Part shown: positions 63,346-64,000 of the stretch, piece after piece
Layout of the letters: every line of letters begins with the position of its first letter
Numbering within the stretch: position 1 is the first letter of the stretch
Assembly (NCBI GenBank): GCA_963848295.1
Contig: CAWKDB010000010.1
Location: 736,001 to 800,000 of the forward strand
Source of the DNA: an uncultured delta proteobacterium
Lineage (GTDB): Bacteria; Myxococcota_A; Polyangia; Haliangiales; Haliangiaceae
Length of the DNA: 64,000 bases
Reading direction: 5' to 3'
The notes under the pieces: generated by a model
Databases searched by the model: none
Seen by the model: only the letters and a program-made list of their open reading frames with translations
Told to the model about the DNA's origin: nothing
Made by a program: the position numbers and the translations under genes

Positions 63346-64000
63346 ATGGGCGCTCGACTGCACGCGGCCGTCGCGGCGCTCGTCGTCGCGTGCGGGCCGC
63401 CGCCGGGCGCGACGCTGCGACTGTCCGAGCTCGAGCTCGCGGTAGAGCGGCGCGATGTCACCGCGGTGCGGGCGATGCTCGATCGCGGCGTTGCGGTCGA
63501 TGCCGCGGACGCCAACGGCGACACCGCGTTGATCCGCGCGGCGATCACCGGCGACGCCGAGCTCGTGTCGCTGCTGCTCGCGCACCACGCCGATGCGAAG
63601 CACGCCGACCGGAACGGCGCGACCGCGTTGCACTTCGCGATCGACGATCGCGCGAAGACCGAGGCGCTGCTCGCCGCCGGCGCCGACCCGAACGCGACCG
63701 ACAACACCGGCTACACGCCGCTGATGACCGCTGCGAATCGCGGCGACGGCGGCGACGTCGTCGAGTTATTGCTAGACCACGGAGCCGATCCGAACCATCG
63801 GGCCGACGACGAGATGACACCGCTGATCCTGGCCGGCGGAGGCGATCTGCGCTCGGTCAAAGCATTGCTCTCGCACGGAGCGGATCCGCGGGCGCACACG
63901 AGCGCCGGGTTCGACGCGCTGCACGCAGCGGTCGTGATCGGCAACACCGAAGCAGCACGCCTCCTTGTCGCTCGCGGCGCCGATGTCAATGCGAAGGCGG
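63346..64000 (+). CDS. Ankyrin-repeat lipoprotein, runs off the window end
   Basis: Hand translation MGARLHAAVAALVVAC..., GDTALIRAA, GATALHFA, GYTPLMTAA, GADPN repeats. Confidence 0.88.
   Translation, partial: MGARLHAAVAALVVACGPPPGATLRLSELELAVERRDVTAVRAMLDRGVAVDAADANGDTALIRAAITGDAELVSLLLAHHADAKHADRNGATALHFAIDDRAKTEALLAAGADPNATDNTGYTPLMTAANRGDGGDVVELLLDHGADPNHRADDEMTPLILAGGGDLRSVKALLSHGADPRAHTSAGFDALHAAVVIGNTEAARLLVARGADVNAKA

Overview
Very GC-rich chromosomal window whose gene content (TSP3-OmpA, Ser/Thr kinases, PEGA and PilZ TIGR02266 proteins, many lipoproteins) suggests a myxobacterium, probably Haliangiales/Kofleriaceae-like (inference). It contains the end of hemH, a prs-rplY-pth-rpsF-rpsR-rplI block, dnaB, a nucleoside catabolism operon (deoC, thymidine phosphorylase, PNP, cdd, deaminase), xdhC/mocA, an S55 peptidase plus beta-propeller pair broken by probable sequencing indels, rnhA, a GT2/deacetylase/GT-C surface-modification set, yacG, two ArsA-like ATPases, ppa, an RlmN-like enzyme, a Deg protease, TetR/AKR, a secreted metzincin, a FliB-like gene, a csp gene and a partial ankyrin gene. 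I saw no tRNA, rRNA, CRISPR array, integrase or transposase. Most notable: (1) DeoC has an N-terminal microcompartment-type encapsulation peptide and Cys cluster inside a nucleoside-degradation operon; (2) two inverted ~210-bp structured repeats with a compensatory change bracket a lone lipoprotein gene; (3) a TAnnnT box sits 6-8 nt before many start codons, suggesting widespread leaderless expression; (4) the ArsA-like pair is split in a way one ~12.4-kb inversion would explain, and its Walker A motifs are complementary. All calls come from reading motifs by eye; no database searches were run.
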